This document shows positions 26,134 through 40,097 of a DNA stretch of 64,000 nucleotides, one piece after another. The DNA is from Lytechinus pictus (lineage: Eukaryota): the NCBI RefSeq assembly GCF_037042905.1, contig NC_087245.1:33048001-33112000 (forward strand), written 5' to 3'. Below the pieces are notes generated by a model, which saw only the letters and a list, made by a program, of their open reading frames with translations, searched no databases and was not told where the DNA came from. A program made the translations under genes and the position numbers. The first letter of the stretch is position 1. Each line of letters opens with the position of its first letter.

Positions 26134-26581
26134 GACACCATTCTCATTACGCTTTCTTAAACTAGTTTACTGGAAACCGGTTCAGGAAACCAGTTTGGAA
26201 TATCGCTTTACTAGTGTTCCCATTTGATCACACAAAAGTGGTTTTCAAATTCACTTCATGTAAAGTGATCTTGTTGCTATGGAAACACTCTCAGTGGGGT
26301 GACATGTTTCGCGTGAAATTTGAAACCGCAGCGTAGGCATTCTACACCCGTCGTGTGGAGTAGCGCACTCAAAATGTGTGAAGATCGCTTCCCGAAGAAC
26401 GGTTGCGTCCTCACTTACGCTAAAACCATTTTAACGAGGCAAAGCAATAGTGAAAACTACATGGCGAGGTGGTTTTCTTAACAGGTTTGGAACGTTCGAC
26501 CCTTCTCATTACATGTTAAACTAGTTTCCACTAAACTAATATCCAGTTAACTAGTTTTAGGAAGGTAGTGAGAACGGTGTC
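26134..26581 (-). mobile_element. PIF/Harbinger-type MITE, GACACCGTTCTCA family, copy 2 (inverted)
   Basis: Reverse-complement homology to copies 1 and 3. Confidence 0.88.
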
Positions 26582-27088
26582 TAACAGAGGACCTAGACAA
26601 GGCACCTCATGATTTCTTAAAATAACCCTTTAATTTGAAAAGTCCAGTTCAAAGGATTAGCCCATCATCAGGGACATCAATTGACCTTCAGACAACACTC
26701 ACTTTCTTAACAGAAGACCTAAACATGTAACTTGCTCAAAATGCATTTTAATTAGGTGAATAACCTGGCGAATGAGAGGGGAAATTGAATCAAGATCCAT
26801 CCCTTGACCACTCAGCGCACTTCTACAGTCATAATGTCCAGTTTTGGTCAGTGAGAGATCCTTATCCTAACTGTCATTACATGAACAGGACTGAAAATAA
26901 ATGTAGATCAGATACGAAGACCTTAGTCATCATGCCATCCGTTGGATCTGCTTCTACCCACTTTGTGTCTGCAGATAGCAAACATTTGTTGCCTTCCATC
27001 ATCAATCATAAAAGCACTAAGAATTTGATCACCATCAATTGGCGAAAGTGATGGGATGAATGAACACTGCGAAGGTTTAATAAACCAG

Positions 27089-27178
27089 GGGCCTATTTCA
27101 TAAAACTGCATGCTTAAAGCTATCGAAATCACTTGATTTGATTGGCTGATTGTAACAAAGTCTTTATGATACAGGACC
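27089..27178. mobile_element. Short CWG-TSD Harbinger-type MITE
   Basis: CAG flanks, imperfect IR, central GATTGGCTG. Confidence 0.55.
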
Positions 27179-28108
27179 CAGACAACAACACAGGGAAAAA
27201 ATACACTGGGGCTCGGGGGATTTTGCCACCCCCCCCCCCCCCGAAATGCTTAAAAGAGCCATGGAAAATAAAAAAGAGCCCCCCAAAATTCCCCATTCAC
27301 TGCAATGTTAAAGCTTAACCAATGTTGCAGATTTAGGTTATCAGTTTTGAAAGTAGCTCCCGTAAAGAAATGCCTGCAACATGATGCATGTAGCAACATT
27401 AAGCAGGGCCCGCTGGGAGAACAGTTTTAATATTAAACTGAAGTGGCTACCCTGGGTACCAAGGATTCTTGCTGTTAACAGCGGAAAGATATATATGTAG
27501 CGTACAACGTTAATATCAGTATAAAAGGGGCCTTAACACCTGTACATATGCCAATGTACTCTTCATGTGGCCTGCCATTTTCTCCTTTAATCCAAACTGT
27601 TGATATGTTCAATTCTTGATTTCAATTTCCAAGAATTGCACTTTGTAACAACACAAATATAGAGAATTCAAATTCTTTAATTTATGAAGAATCTTTTGTG
27701 ATATCAATAAACAGGATTAAGACATTTTTGCAGATTTGACAATAAGATGAAAAACAATAGGTTACAACTATGTCAATTCCTCATGCTATAGGGAGGAATA
27801 CATTTTTTTAAATATTACAATGAGGAAAATTTTTAAATATTTCATATTTTTTATTACAAAATACAAAACGGCGAGTGGGATATCATCAGTTCCCTCATTT
27901 GGAAACAGATCAGGATGTGCTCTGCACCTTTTTTGTTAAATTATGTGAATCTTTAAGATGTCATAAATTTCTTTATTTCAAATCTTATTATAAAAGTTTT
28001 TAGCTAGCGTGCTTGAATTTCTCTTCTTTATTTAAATCAACTTATTATTTGGGTGGACTTCATCCTTCATGTTTATGGTTAGGCACAGGGTGACATAAAA
28101 GACAGTTA

Positions 28109-28559
28109 GACACCGTTCTCACTACCTTTCAAAAACTAGTTTGCTGGAAACTAGTTTAACGTGGAGTGAGAACGGTCGAAGCGATCTTGGAAGCAATCTT
28201 CCAAACCTATTTAGAAAACCAACTCGCGATGTAGTTTTCAAGATTGCTTTGCCTCGTTAAACTGGTTTTAGCGTAAGCGAGGACACAACCGTTCTTCGGA
28301 AAGCGATCTTCACACATTTTGAGCGCGCTACTCCACATGACAGGTGTAGAATGCCTACGCTGTGGTTTTTCGAATTTCGTGCGAAACGAGTCACCCCACT
28401 GAGAGCATTTCCATAGCAACAAGATCGCTTTACATGAAGTGATTTTGAAAACCACTTCCGTGTGATCAAGTGGGAACGCTAGCGAAGCGTTCTTCCAAAC
28501 TGGTTTCCTGAACCGGTTTCCAGTAAACTAGTTCTAGAAAGCGTAATGAGAACGGCCTC
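28109..28559 (+). mobile_element. PIF/Harbinger-type MITE, GACACCGTTCTCA family, copy 3
   Basis: TIRs plus a TTA target duplication on both sides. Confidence 0.9.
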
Positions 28560-30772
28560 TTATTTGGTATACTTAGTATGGGATGGAGTATGAAGTAAAA
28601 GTGATTACAGAGTCGTTTCACAATTGAACTACATGAAGAAAAATATTGTTGATTTTTTTTAAAAGAATAATTCCATCCATTTAGGATTCGGGAATGACAA
28701 ATCAAGCAGTACGCAACTTTTTCGTACACCTCAACATGTTGATGAATCGCGATGAAACAATACTCAGACATCCTTGTTTCTAAGGTTTTGAATTTAATTG
28801 GTAATCTCACATTTTATAATTGAAGAAAGAAAAAAAAACAGCCTTTTGGCATAGGATCTCATCCTTCACTGAGTCACATTGTATGGCCTCTTGACCACAG
28901 AACTCATGTTCTCTCTCTCTTCTATTTTTCTCCGCGTTCAGACTATTATCTGAGAGGAAGGAAATAACCCCATTTGTATTCTCCTCTTTTCTTGTAATTT
29001 GAATGATTACAGAGAACTCTCAACAATAAGGAGTTCAGAGACAAATTCAGTGAGAGTGATCTTGCGTGTGGGGTCACAGTGCGAGATTTTACGTGTGCAC
29101 AAATTTAAATGTGTGCAGGAATGACGCACCATTCCAAGCTGTTCACCGTCTGAACATATCATTTTGAAATGTTCTTTCCACGGCTCTGAGTCTGCTTCCA
29201 AGCCTTGGTGACAAAACTGTGAGATCCTCCTCAGATAATAATGTATTGGAACCAAACTTGCTCGTAGAGAATGCATCTCACTCATTTGAAATCCACTTGT
29301 AAAATATCACTCTTCCACAATTGGTAATTTCAAAACTCTGGCCATTTATTTTTGTTATTATTCAAATTTAGCAGAGATGTGTATCTATTACTCTTCTTTT
29401 TTTCTTTTTTTCTTTGGAAAGGCTCTTTAAAGCATCCTTCAAATTTAGTGATTTAATATCTAAAAAAACTAAAAAGATTGTATCCTAAAATTTTCAGTCC
29501 ATATGCTTTGTTAAAGGTTTTATACTCCATGGAGTGGGCTTTCATGCTCTTCTTTCTTTAGACACTTTGTACATTGCGAAATTTCCCTGACGTATTTAAG
29601 TTTCTCTTACGTCAAAGCAACCTTTCTCCTTTCTCTTACATAATCGGCGTTTCCCAATAACTCCTCGTTAAATCCTGTCAAGATTCACCCACACCGCCTC
29701 CCTCCAAAGAACTCATTCTGATCTTTCAAACATTTATAATTTCTCCACTTCCTCACCGAACCTGGCAAGTCGTGAATCAATCACAATGTGCCCGACACAA
29801 ATATCAATGAATGAATCCCAGTTCCATTCAATTCCCAGCTTCCAGCTGTTTCTACAATTCTTTTATCACTTTAAATCATGAGATAATGCTATCTGGATTT
29901 TATCCAAACTTCATCAAGGATTTTTAGACATTTATTAACTGTTACTTTCCCCATATCTTGTCTTTGTTACTAAGTAATTAAGCTAATTATCATAATTAAT
30001 TTGAGCTATCCTCCTTTCTATTTGGGTTTTCTGCATATGCAAGTATGATGGAAAAATTATATGTTATTAATTCTTACAAATTATGTTAAATTCTTTTTAG
30101 TTTTTTTTTTGTAGTAAACATTACAGATTTTATACAATCTTCACAACAATTTGAATTCTAAGAATATACAAATGTAAGATATACATGTAGTTCTATAAAG
30201 GTGTTCAGAAGTTGGCTTATGAAATACAAAATTTCACTATCACAAAACTATTTTTCTGCAATATGAAAAATGAGACTTCAACATTATCATCTAAATCATC
30301 TTAATCAATTAACTTCTTATACAAAAATATCACTTTTAAAAGGAAAGCAATCTTCATTAAAAATATAATTATTCTGAAAAACCAGATTTCTCCTGTAAAA
30401 ATGTCTTGATTTTGTTCTATCTTCTTAGTAATTTAAGTCTTTGCAGTGATTACCATTCCTCACACCTACATTGCATCGTAATTTCCTATCCATTTTTATT
30501 TAACTCTAGAAAGTTTATGAAATACAAAGGATCATTAAACAGAACTTTCCAAATATCCAAACAGCAAATTGCTAATCAAATTTTAGAAGTAAAATTGTTA
30601 CCTGCCTTCATTATAATGAGTAATAATATTCTTCATAAAATTATCCACAATGATCATTCCCCTCCAGATATTTATATGACAAAGAAAAAGACTAATTATT
30701 ATCAGAACAGCAAAACTAACAAAAATCTCGAGAAAATTAGAGGGATCAAACAAGCCCACGCTAGTTACTTAC

Positions 30773-31100
30773 CACAATGCCATTTCGGGGACGATAATAT
30801 GAAGGTAAACGGGAGCCGAAAGTCCGTGACGGGAAGGCCGAGATGGCCTGCTGGGGGAGACGGGGCTCGTACATCCTCATTTCGAAGCCGAGCGACAAGT
30901 GCAATAATCCGAGATCCTACCACGGCTCCACAACCCCGCATTGATAGTGACCAAGCCCAACACTCTCGCTAAGTTCCCTAAACTTTGTTTGGCATCCCCA
31001 GCCAAATCCTACTGGCTCTACAGAACGTAATTTGCTGAGATTAGGTCGCAGCTGTTGCCGGCTAGCTGAAGTCCTCCTACTAGACGGACAATAAACGGTG
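30773..31100 (-). promoter_or_regulatory. CpG-rich alternative promoter / first exon ending ATGGCATTGTG|GTAAGT
   Basis: GC/CpG-rich island at 30780-31100 with a consensus donor TG|GTAAGT at 30773/30772. Confidence 0.5.
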
Positions 31101-33249
31101 ATGTCATACCCCGATCAACTACAGCTTTGAAACATGTGCTGATTGACCGTCTTAAAACACAATTTTACCTCTTCAATATGGGAGGTAAAATTATGTTTCT
31201 AAACTGATAACTGTCTCAATTTACTCGATTTGTATGGAAATATATATGTAAATCAAATCCTTGCAATGGAGAAAGAACAAACAAACAAACAGTGCCAGCA
31301 GCAACGATGAAACAAATAGTTCCAGAAAATGGTATCTCACTCAATTGCTGACAATCTACCAAACAAAAAAATCCTTTTTGAAACTGGTTGGGGAAAGGTC
31401 TCAATCTAAAAGTATTCAAGTAAGAAACAAAAGTACTGAATCCTCTTTCCTGTTTAGGAAGAAGTACATGTATTCCTTGATGTAGATGAAAATCAAAGAA
31501 ATCAGTAGAGGAAGAATGAATGTACAAACCACAGCAATCACAGCTAGATAATGATTCAGAGATTGTTGAAGAACAACTGTGACATCATTAAGCAACAAGG
31601 AAAAACAGATCAACGAATCGGAGAGGGGGAAGTAGTTAGACCTCCAATGTTAATTCAGAAAGTTTTGGCGAGAAATGTGCCATTGTATTACCCAACATGA
31701 TCAATGAATGTATGTATGCCCCCTCATCAAATGAAGAAATACAAACATTGACTCATGAACACTGTAAGAAAAGAACTTGGCTGAAGTTGTGGAACTCTGT
31801 GAAGACATTCTGAGCTGTTTTCAGAATTGAAGCCGAATATTTTTCCTCAAATCCCCACAGCTCAAACCCTGCCACAAAATTTCAACCGAGATTTTGTCTG
31901 AAAATAATTACGGCTGGAATAGTCACATCGCAAAGCTGGAAAAGACGAAGATGGTATTGATCCTGCACAAGTAAGTAAGTTCATGGTCTACAATTCACAG
32001 GAGTGTGATAACTTTACTAGCAGGCAAGGGGTTAAATTCAGATTCCTTACCAAAGCTATCCCACTGAAGCAAGCAAGTAATCGCAGAGATTCTATGCTGC
32101 ATTAAACATCATTAATGTTACTAAGGCAGGAAGTTGAATAAGACCAGATTCTACAGCCCCCTCCCTGCAGTCATGCCAGTGCATCCAAAATTAGGGCATG
32201 CCCCCATTACTAAAAATCATCTGGGACTTCTAAATTACCTGGATCAGAATCTATTATTATCGCAAAATGCGAGCAATTATAATTCATTATCACTTTTATC
32301 GAAAATGTGAGGTACTACATTTACTTTCTAGAATAACCCTTGGTTGTTATTATTTTGATATTGATTAGTCCTCAGACAGCAATAAGATGTGATAAGGTAC
32401 CATGCAACATGTTAAGAGGCTAAAGCAAATTGTATCTTTCATTTTGAACCATTTCTTGTTCTTTATTTTAACCATTCAAGGACACAAATGAAGTGAAGCC
32501 TTCTGAAAGGAACTGAGCCAAAGCTGAAGTCTGTACTTTTTCCATGTTCCGCTATACTTAATCACATTAAAATAGCAAGGACGATGCACACTTTAGGTTG
32601 TTTAGAATTATGCAAATGTAAGTATTATTGTACTGTACAGAAAAGGTTTTCTTCTTTTCTGACTCAGATGTACAAATGTATGCATTTCATTATCACTTTT
32701 CTGGCCAAGCATCAAGATATCCCAACACTCGGAGGTTTAAAACTTACGTCATAGATCTTCTGCCCCGTTTAAATACAAAATTACCCGTGCTTAACACGGT
32801 GCAAAAATAGCATCATTAATCTTCTCTATCCATGTGCAATTTGAAATTTGGCAAGTACAAACCTCAAATCTATGACTATTTTTACGAACCCTCACAAAAC
32901 AAATGGCTGTGTATCATCCATTATGGATTTTTTTTTTGTAAAGAAAATCCAGTTTGAAGGGGAGATAGATGTATAATGAGGTCCCTGGTAAACAAAGTAA
33001 TGATGATTAAAAAGTATACATTCTTCATTCCTTTTCAAATAAGTCGATTTAGAGGACATACTTGTACAATGATCCAAGTCATGGCAATGCTACATAATAC
33101 ATACAGTATATCAATTTTCAAATTTGATTAGTTTTTGTAAAACCAAAAACAATTTGTTGCAATTACATGTATGCTGTTGCTAAAGTTAAAATAATAGCAA
33201 AGGCAAAAGCAAGAATTTTGTAAATTTGTCCCTAAGAAATCCTCATTAA

Positions 33250-34942
33250 AGGACAAGTCCAACAAGCATAACACTGAAAATTTCATCAAAATCGAGTGTA
33301 AAATAAGAAAGTTATGACAATTTAAAGTTTCACTTAATTTCTCAAGACAGTTATATGCACATACATGTAGTCAGTATGCAAATGAGGAGACTGATGACGT
33401 CATCTACTCACTATTTCTTTTGTATTTTATTACATGAAATATTCGAATTTTCTCCTCATTGTCAAATGAAAAACAATTAATTCCTCCCTGAACATGTGGA
33501 ATTAGCATTGTTAAATACTTTATGTTTCAGTCGAGTTTATAGGTCCTTATTGTCAAATCTGTAAAAAATGAAAAATTGTATAAATCAAACAATAAACAAG
33601 TGGAATGCCTCTGGCCGTCTCACCTGCATCACGCGATTCAATATAGCAGCAGTGCTGATTTTGAAAACTACTATAACTCGCACAAGATGTTCAGTGATAC
33701 TTGGTTACTCTTATTTCCACGTTTTATGAACTAGACCCATACACTTATAGAGATATGATGGTAATTCAACAAATACCCCCAACGTGGCCAAAGTTCATTG
33801 ACCTTACATGACCTTTGACCTTGATCATGTGACCTGAAACTCGCACAGGATGTTCAGTGATACTTGATTACTCTTATGTCCAAGTTTCAAGAGAAAGATC
33901 CATCAACTTTCCAAGTTATGATGGTAATTCAACAGATACCCCCATTATGGCCAAAGTTCATTGACCTTTGACCTTGGTCATGTGACCTAAAATGCGCAAA
34001 GGATGTTCAGTGATACTTCATTACTCTTATGTCCAAGTTTTATGAACTAGACCAACACACTTTCAAAGTTATGGCGGTAATTCAACAAATACCCCAATTT
34101 GACCAAAGTTCATTGACCCTAAATGACCTTTGACCTTGATCATGTGACCTGAAACTTGCACAGGATGTTCAGTAATACTTGATTACTATTATGTCCAAGT
34201 TTCATGAATCAGATCCATAAACTTTTAAAGTTATGATGGTAAATCTACAGATACCCCCATTCGGCCAAAGTTCATTGACCCTAAATGACCATTGACCTTG
34301 GTCATGTGACGTGAAACTCATGCAGGATGTTCAGTGATACTTGATTAACCTTATGTATAAGTTTCATGAACTAGGTCCATATATTTTCTAAGTTATGATG
34401 ACATTTCAAAAACTTAACCTTAGGTTAAGATTTTGATGTTGATTCCCCCAACATGGTCTAAGTTCATTGACCCTAAATGACCATTGACCATGGTCATGTG
34501 ACATGAAACTCAGGCAGGATGTTCAGTAATACTTGATTAACCTTATGGCCAAGTTTCATGAACTAGGTCCATATACTTTCTAAGTTATGCTGTCATTTCA
34601 AAAACTTAACCTCAGGTTAAGATTTGGTGTTGACGCCGCAGCCGCCGCCGCCGTCGCCGCCGCCGCCGCCGCCGCCGCCGTCGGAAAAGCGGCGCCTATA
34701 GTCTCACTCTGCTATGCAGGTGAGACAAAAACAACAGAAATAGTGAGTGAGGGACATCATCGTCTGTCTCATTTGCACATCACTGACTTGTGCATATCAC
34801 TGTTTTGTGGAAAATAAGCGAAACTTTAAAATGTCATCACTTTCTCATTTTACATCCGATTTTGATGAAATTTTCAGCATTATGCTTGTCTGATTTTTCT
34901 CTATTTATTCAAATCAACATTTTCCTGGGGTGAACTTGACCT
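33250..34942. mobile_element. Kolobok-type MITE with nested HINE
   Basis: TTAA flanks at 33246-33249 and 34943-34946; the left arm has a ~45-bp deletion between TCCA microhomologies. Confidence 0.88.
33595..34728 (-). mobile_element. Helentron-derived HINE/pearl-like element, full length
   Basis: Near-identical to 21799-22753, with one more core unit and a longer (GCC)n; inserted in an A/T run of the host MITE. Confidence 0.87.
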
Positions 34943-35603
34943 TTAAGAAGGATAATAACGTATCCTCTTCATACATGCAGGTATTTCTATTAATTAATGT
35001 TGAGCATTCATCACATATTAACCAATGAGATATTGTACTTTGCCTGTTAAAGCCCGTCTTTTTCAGTTTTGGTAAATCACCTACCAGTATCAAGGTGTTG
35101 GTCATTATTCCAGTTATGTACATGTATGACTGTGTTTGTCCAAAAACTATTGGGGCATGGATTATATGAAATAAAAAATCTCTATTAAAGGAGGAAATTG
35201 CACTTTTACATGATATTTTTGGTGCGTTACCCTGACCAAAACATTTTTTTCCATTTTGGAGTTAAACATTTCTATAGGAAATGTCAGGACACACGTCCGA
35301 ATTTGCAATCATCTGATAAATGATCTCTCTACTGTACATTTGTATTTGTGTTCAGATGCTAAAAAAAATCACTATAGAGAACCTTAAAACCTTAAAAAAT
35401 ATACAGAACAAAAAGTGCAACGTTCAGTGCCACTATCAATAACAAGTGCTAGTAACTTCTATTATTATTCTATAAGATTGAAATGTTAGATGATACTCCA
35501 ATATCATTCACATTAATTATTAAACCGCAGACAGACCTGTCATCACTATGACAAATTGTTTTGTTTGTATTTGTCAATTATGATAGAGCATCACAACCAT
35601 TAA

Positions 35604-36203
35604 AGGTCAAGTCCACCCCAGAAAAATGTTGATTAGAATAAATAGAGAAAAATCAAACAAGAATAATGCTGAAAACTTCATCAAACTCGGATGGAAAATA
35701 AGAAAGTTATGACATTTTAAAGTGTCACTTATTTTTCCCAAAACAGTTCTATGCTCACCTCAGTGATATGTAAATGAGAGAGTTGATGATGTCACTCACT
35801 CACTATTTCTTTTGTTTTTTATTGTTTGAATTAAACAATATTTCATTTTTTTCCGGATGTGACAATTATGACCATCTTGTTTGAACCACAAAATGTTAAA
35901 ACAATCAAATCCCACATGTTAAGGGAGGAATGAAACTTTTCTCACATGATATTGAGAAAATTCAAATATTTCATATTTCATATAATAAAATACAAAAGAA
36001 ATAGTGAGTGGGTGATGTCATCGGTCCCCTCATTTGCATACTGACCAGGATGTGCATATAACTGTTTGGTAAAATTTAGCAAAACTTTGAAGTGTCACAA
36101 CTTTCTTATTTCAGATCCGATTTTGATGAATTTTTCAGTGTTATTCTTCTTTGATTTTTCTCTTTCTATTCAAATCATCTTTTTGTTGGGGTGGACTTGT
36201 CCT
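35604..36203. mobile_element. Kolobok-type MITE
   Basis: TTAA|AGGTCAAGTCCACCCC ... GGGGTGGACTTGTCCT|TTAT; colinear with 18920-19519. Confidence 0.88.
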
Positions 36204-37229
36204 TTATAAAAAAACAAATAAATAGAAAATTCTCATCATCTCTCTTTCATACAGTATGGTCAATAAAATCCTCAGAAGATTAACTGAGCATCTCTTCACA
36301 ATTATTTATGTCCAGTCATCTGTCTCTTTTTATTTAAGGTTACAAACTCCAATATCTTATAAAATCATCAACAAGAACTGGACTGATCCCTCCAGTACCA
36401 ATACAGGAAGTTATTCATTACCCAGTGATGGTGAATGCCAAGTCTACCGGCCCATGTCAGTCATGGAGCGCTATCTGAGCTGAAAGATTTCAGTTGAATT
36501 TAAAAGAATGCCAATTACATGTACATGAAGAAATTACACTAAATTACACTAAAATGGGTGTTGTGCAAAGTGTAGCACAGGTGTCAACAACTGTGAAGAT
36601 GCTTCTGTACACTACACTAAGGATCGCTACGATCATAAAAGTCTTTTATGCAGCAGAATTTTACATATAGGTCTGTAGCAGAACTTGAATAGTTAAAGAG
36701 CTTTTCTTTTACGAAGAAAAATGCTTTCAAATTTGGTAAGAAAAACTATTGCCTGAATAATAGCAAATATCTCAAAGAGTACCAGACTGAAGAGTTTCAA
36801 AATATAATTGGAGAAAACGCAACCAAAGTGACAGTGAAACAGCAATATAATGGCATAACTGGGGTGGGGTGTAACTGCTTCTTTGATCATTGAAAAATAA
36901 CCAACCTCAAAAGGAATAGAGAAAGAAATTGAGAGGAAAGAGGTGGGTGCCCCCCCCCCCCTCCCCTCCATCCACTTCAGCACCTGACATAATAATTTCC
37001 AGGTACATGTATACTGCATGCAATGCCACAGGAAAAAAAAAATCTTCTGTAGATTTTTCATGCCCCCCTGCATTAAAAAGCACTGTCATGATTACAGAGT
37101 CCTGTGGTGGTGAAAATAACAGTGGATGTACAGTACATATAATATGCACCTTGATATTTTTCTTTCTTATAAAGAATAAAACAAGTACACACACAGTTTA
37201 CCAAGAATGTGTATTTTCATTTAATTAAA

Positions 37230-37350
37230 TAGGACAAAAGAGCACTGCTGAATGAATGCCTTGCTCACAGACATGGATGCTATGGATGTGGCATCAAACC
37301 CAGGACTCTAATGTGCCTAGTCTGGCGCCTCAGACCACTCAGCCATGGTA
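37230..37350 (-). mobile_element. tRNA-derived SINE head remnant
   Basis: Minus strand TGGCTGAGTGG (A box) ... GGTTTGATGCC (B box). Confidence 0.55.
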
Positions 37351-38358
37351 CCTCCACAACTTTGAATACTGTTTTGTAAAATCATGAAGAAAAACATGGT
37401 TAAGAAGTGTACAAGTCCATTAAGTTCACTTCTCATCTCAATTCCTCATCATGAACTAAGAAGAAAATAAGCTCCATCTAACATCACTTTCTTTCGAGTA
37501 GACAGCATGATTCTCTAATAATTCACTCTTCACCAATCATTTTGCACTTAATCTACAAAAATGTGGATGCACCATTACACACCATTCAAGAATGATACAT
37601 TCGCGCCATTGACTTTCGCTATTAACAAATGAATGAGAACCATGATGAAACAAAGATGATTGGTTATGTGCAGGCACGCAGCAACTGATGGAACCGTAAC
37701 TGCAATATGATAATTACTTACCATATATATTAACAATTCACGAGTGTAATCTAGCAATACCCATAAGTGTAATCTAGCAATACCAGTTTCCTTATGTATG
37801 CCTCACCACAGAGTCAATGCCCCCACGGTGGCCACAGCTGTAACAAAGATATCATCATAGACTACAATTCCAGATTGTAACAAACCAGCATAGATGTGGC
37901 AAAGTTAGGACTCAAGGAGCTAAAAAATATCTTCCAAGATAAAAGCAGTCTAACACATATTCGTTCTACAGTGGCTATTTACAACTTGGAGATTGTGATT
38001 AAAAAAAATAAAAATATCTCATGCAATCATAGGGGTAAAAAAAGAAATCAAAGCTACATGTAAATGCTTGTTCAACAGAACTGTAATAAATTGATGACAT
38101 CTTACAATCAAAATACATTATTTGTGTGATCGTGTGATTGTGAGATAACAAAATATCATATTCCTCTACACTCCAATGTTTTGAAGAGAAGAAGCAATTC
38201 ATTCCTTCCTTTTATGGTTTATTCATTAATTCATGCACATGTTCATTCCTTTGTGTTTTTTCCATTAAAAAATGAATCATCAATTTTGTATTAGTAAAAT
38301 GAAAGTTGCACAAAAATAATCAGGCCTTATGTGAGTCAATAATGAACAGACATTGAAT

Positions 38359-39356
38359 AACAAGGCAAAAGCGATTTTGTGTCTCGCCCACTTATGAAAA
38401 TAACCAGAAATATCGTGATTTGCGAGGGCACGCAACAGAATTTTATCAAAACTTCATTGTGAAATGACTGGGATGGAATTACACTTGTCATAAGAGCCTC
38501 GCACGTAAACTTTAATGTTGACCTGAAAATGACCTTTGACCTTACCATATGACCTCTGACTGCAGCATAACATGCAGGTCGCCTAAGTACATCTACATTG
38601 TACCATCCAAGTTTTGTTGAAAAGTGACTTCCGGTTGCGGAGTTCGGTGTCATAAGAGTCTTGCATGTAAATTTTAATGTTGACTTGAAAATGACCTTTG
38701 ACCTAACCATGTGACCTCCGACTGCAGCATAACATGCAGGTCCCCCAAGTCCATCTACCATCCAAGTTTGGTTGAAAAGAGACTTACTGTTGCGGAGTTA
38801 GGTGCCATAAGAGAGTCTTGCATGTAAACTTTAACGTTGACCTGAAAATGACCTTTGACCTAACCATGTGACCTCTGACTGCAGCATAACATGCAGGTCC
38901 CCCAAGTCCATCTACCATCCAAGTTTGGTTGAAAAGCGACTTACGGTTGCGGAGTTAGGTGTCATAAGAGAGTCTTGCATGTAAACTTTAACGTTGACCT
39001 GAAAATGACATTTGACCTTATCATGTGACCTCCGACTGCAGCATAACATGCAGGTCCCCCAAGTCCATCTACCATCCAAGTTTGGTTGAAAAGTGACTTA
39101 CGGTTGCGGAGTTAGGTGTCATAAGAGAGTCTTGCATGTAAACTTTAACGTTGACCTGAAAATGACCTTTAATCTTACCATGTGACCTCCGACTGCAGCA
39201 TAACATGCAGGTCCCACAAGTCCATCTACCATCCAAGTTTGGTTGAAAAGCGACTTACGGTTGTGGAGTTATGTGTCATTACATGTAGGTTTGTGATGGA
39301 CGACGGACGACATTTGGATCCCTAAGTCTCGCCTTCACCTCTGGTGGGCGAGACAA
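38359..39356 (-). mobile_element. Second HINE/pearl-like family with a 157-bp tandem core (5 units)
   Basis: SubTIR GTCTCGCCCAC at both ends, adjacent IR, short GACG microsatellite, hairpin CAAAA-TCGC-TTTTG, CTTGTT end. Units recur at 38823, 38980 and 39137. Confidence 0.87.
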
Positions 39357-40097
39357 AAAGTGAAGCCATGCACTTCATTGCATCATGCACAACGAAAATG
39401 CAAACTGATTACTGACTTTCATCATTTTTTTTTGGGGGGGAAGGAATCTCAAGTATTCAGTATGCGTTAATTAAATTCATGCTATTCAGATGAAATACTG
39501 ATTGACTCAGTCTCAAATAACCCTCATCTACTTGCAGTTAACATTAAGAACATGTACATAAATTGTAAAAAAAAAAGTCATGCATCAAATCAATACAATA
39601 CAAAACATACATCTACAGTACTTGCAATGGTCCAATTTTGCTGTTGGCATTAGTCAGAAAATTTCACCTCTTACGAATGTACTATGAACTGTATAAACAT
39701 GGCTGAAATTATGTTTGATTTATCAACAAAACTAACAATTGTCAAAAAGACACAACTGGCCCCACATGCTACATTGTAATTAAAATGTTAATCTGTATTT
39801 GTGTGAATAATCATGCATTAACATCATAAATGACTAATAATATCTACATATTTCTAACTCACCCAAAGGCATTGTACTTTATCAATAAATGCCAATTGTT
39901 TTGCCAATACACAATTGTTAGTCGAAAATTTACTTGTCAAGAACTACATTGTAAATGTACAAGGTACCGGAAATACAGCACTATACATCAAGGAATTGCT
40001 TGCATTAAAGAGTAAATAGCCAGAATTCAATTGGAACCATAATTAATGCAGATTTGTTTATTCGAAATTGCAATTTTCCTTGTATTTGATAGACTAA

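Noticed and set aside
30406..30972. 188-aa plus-strand ORF
   Set aside because: TTG start, abrupt composition change, no domain; it lies antisense to a candidate first exon.
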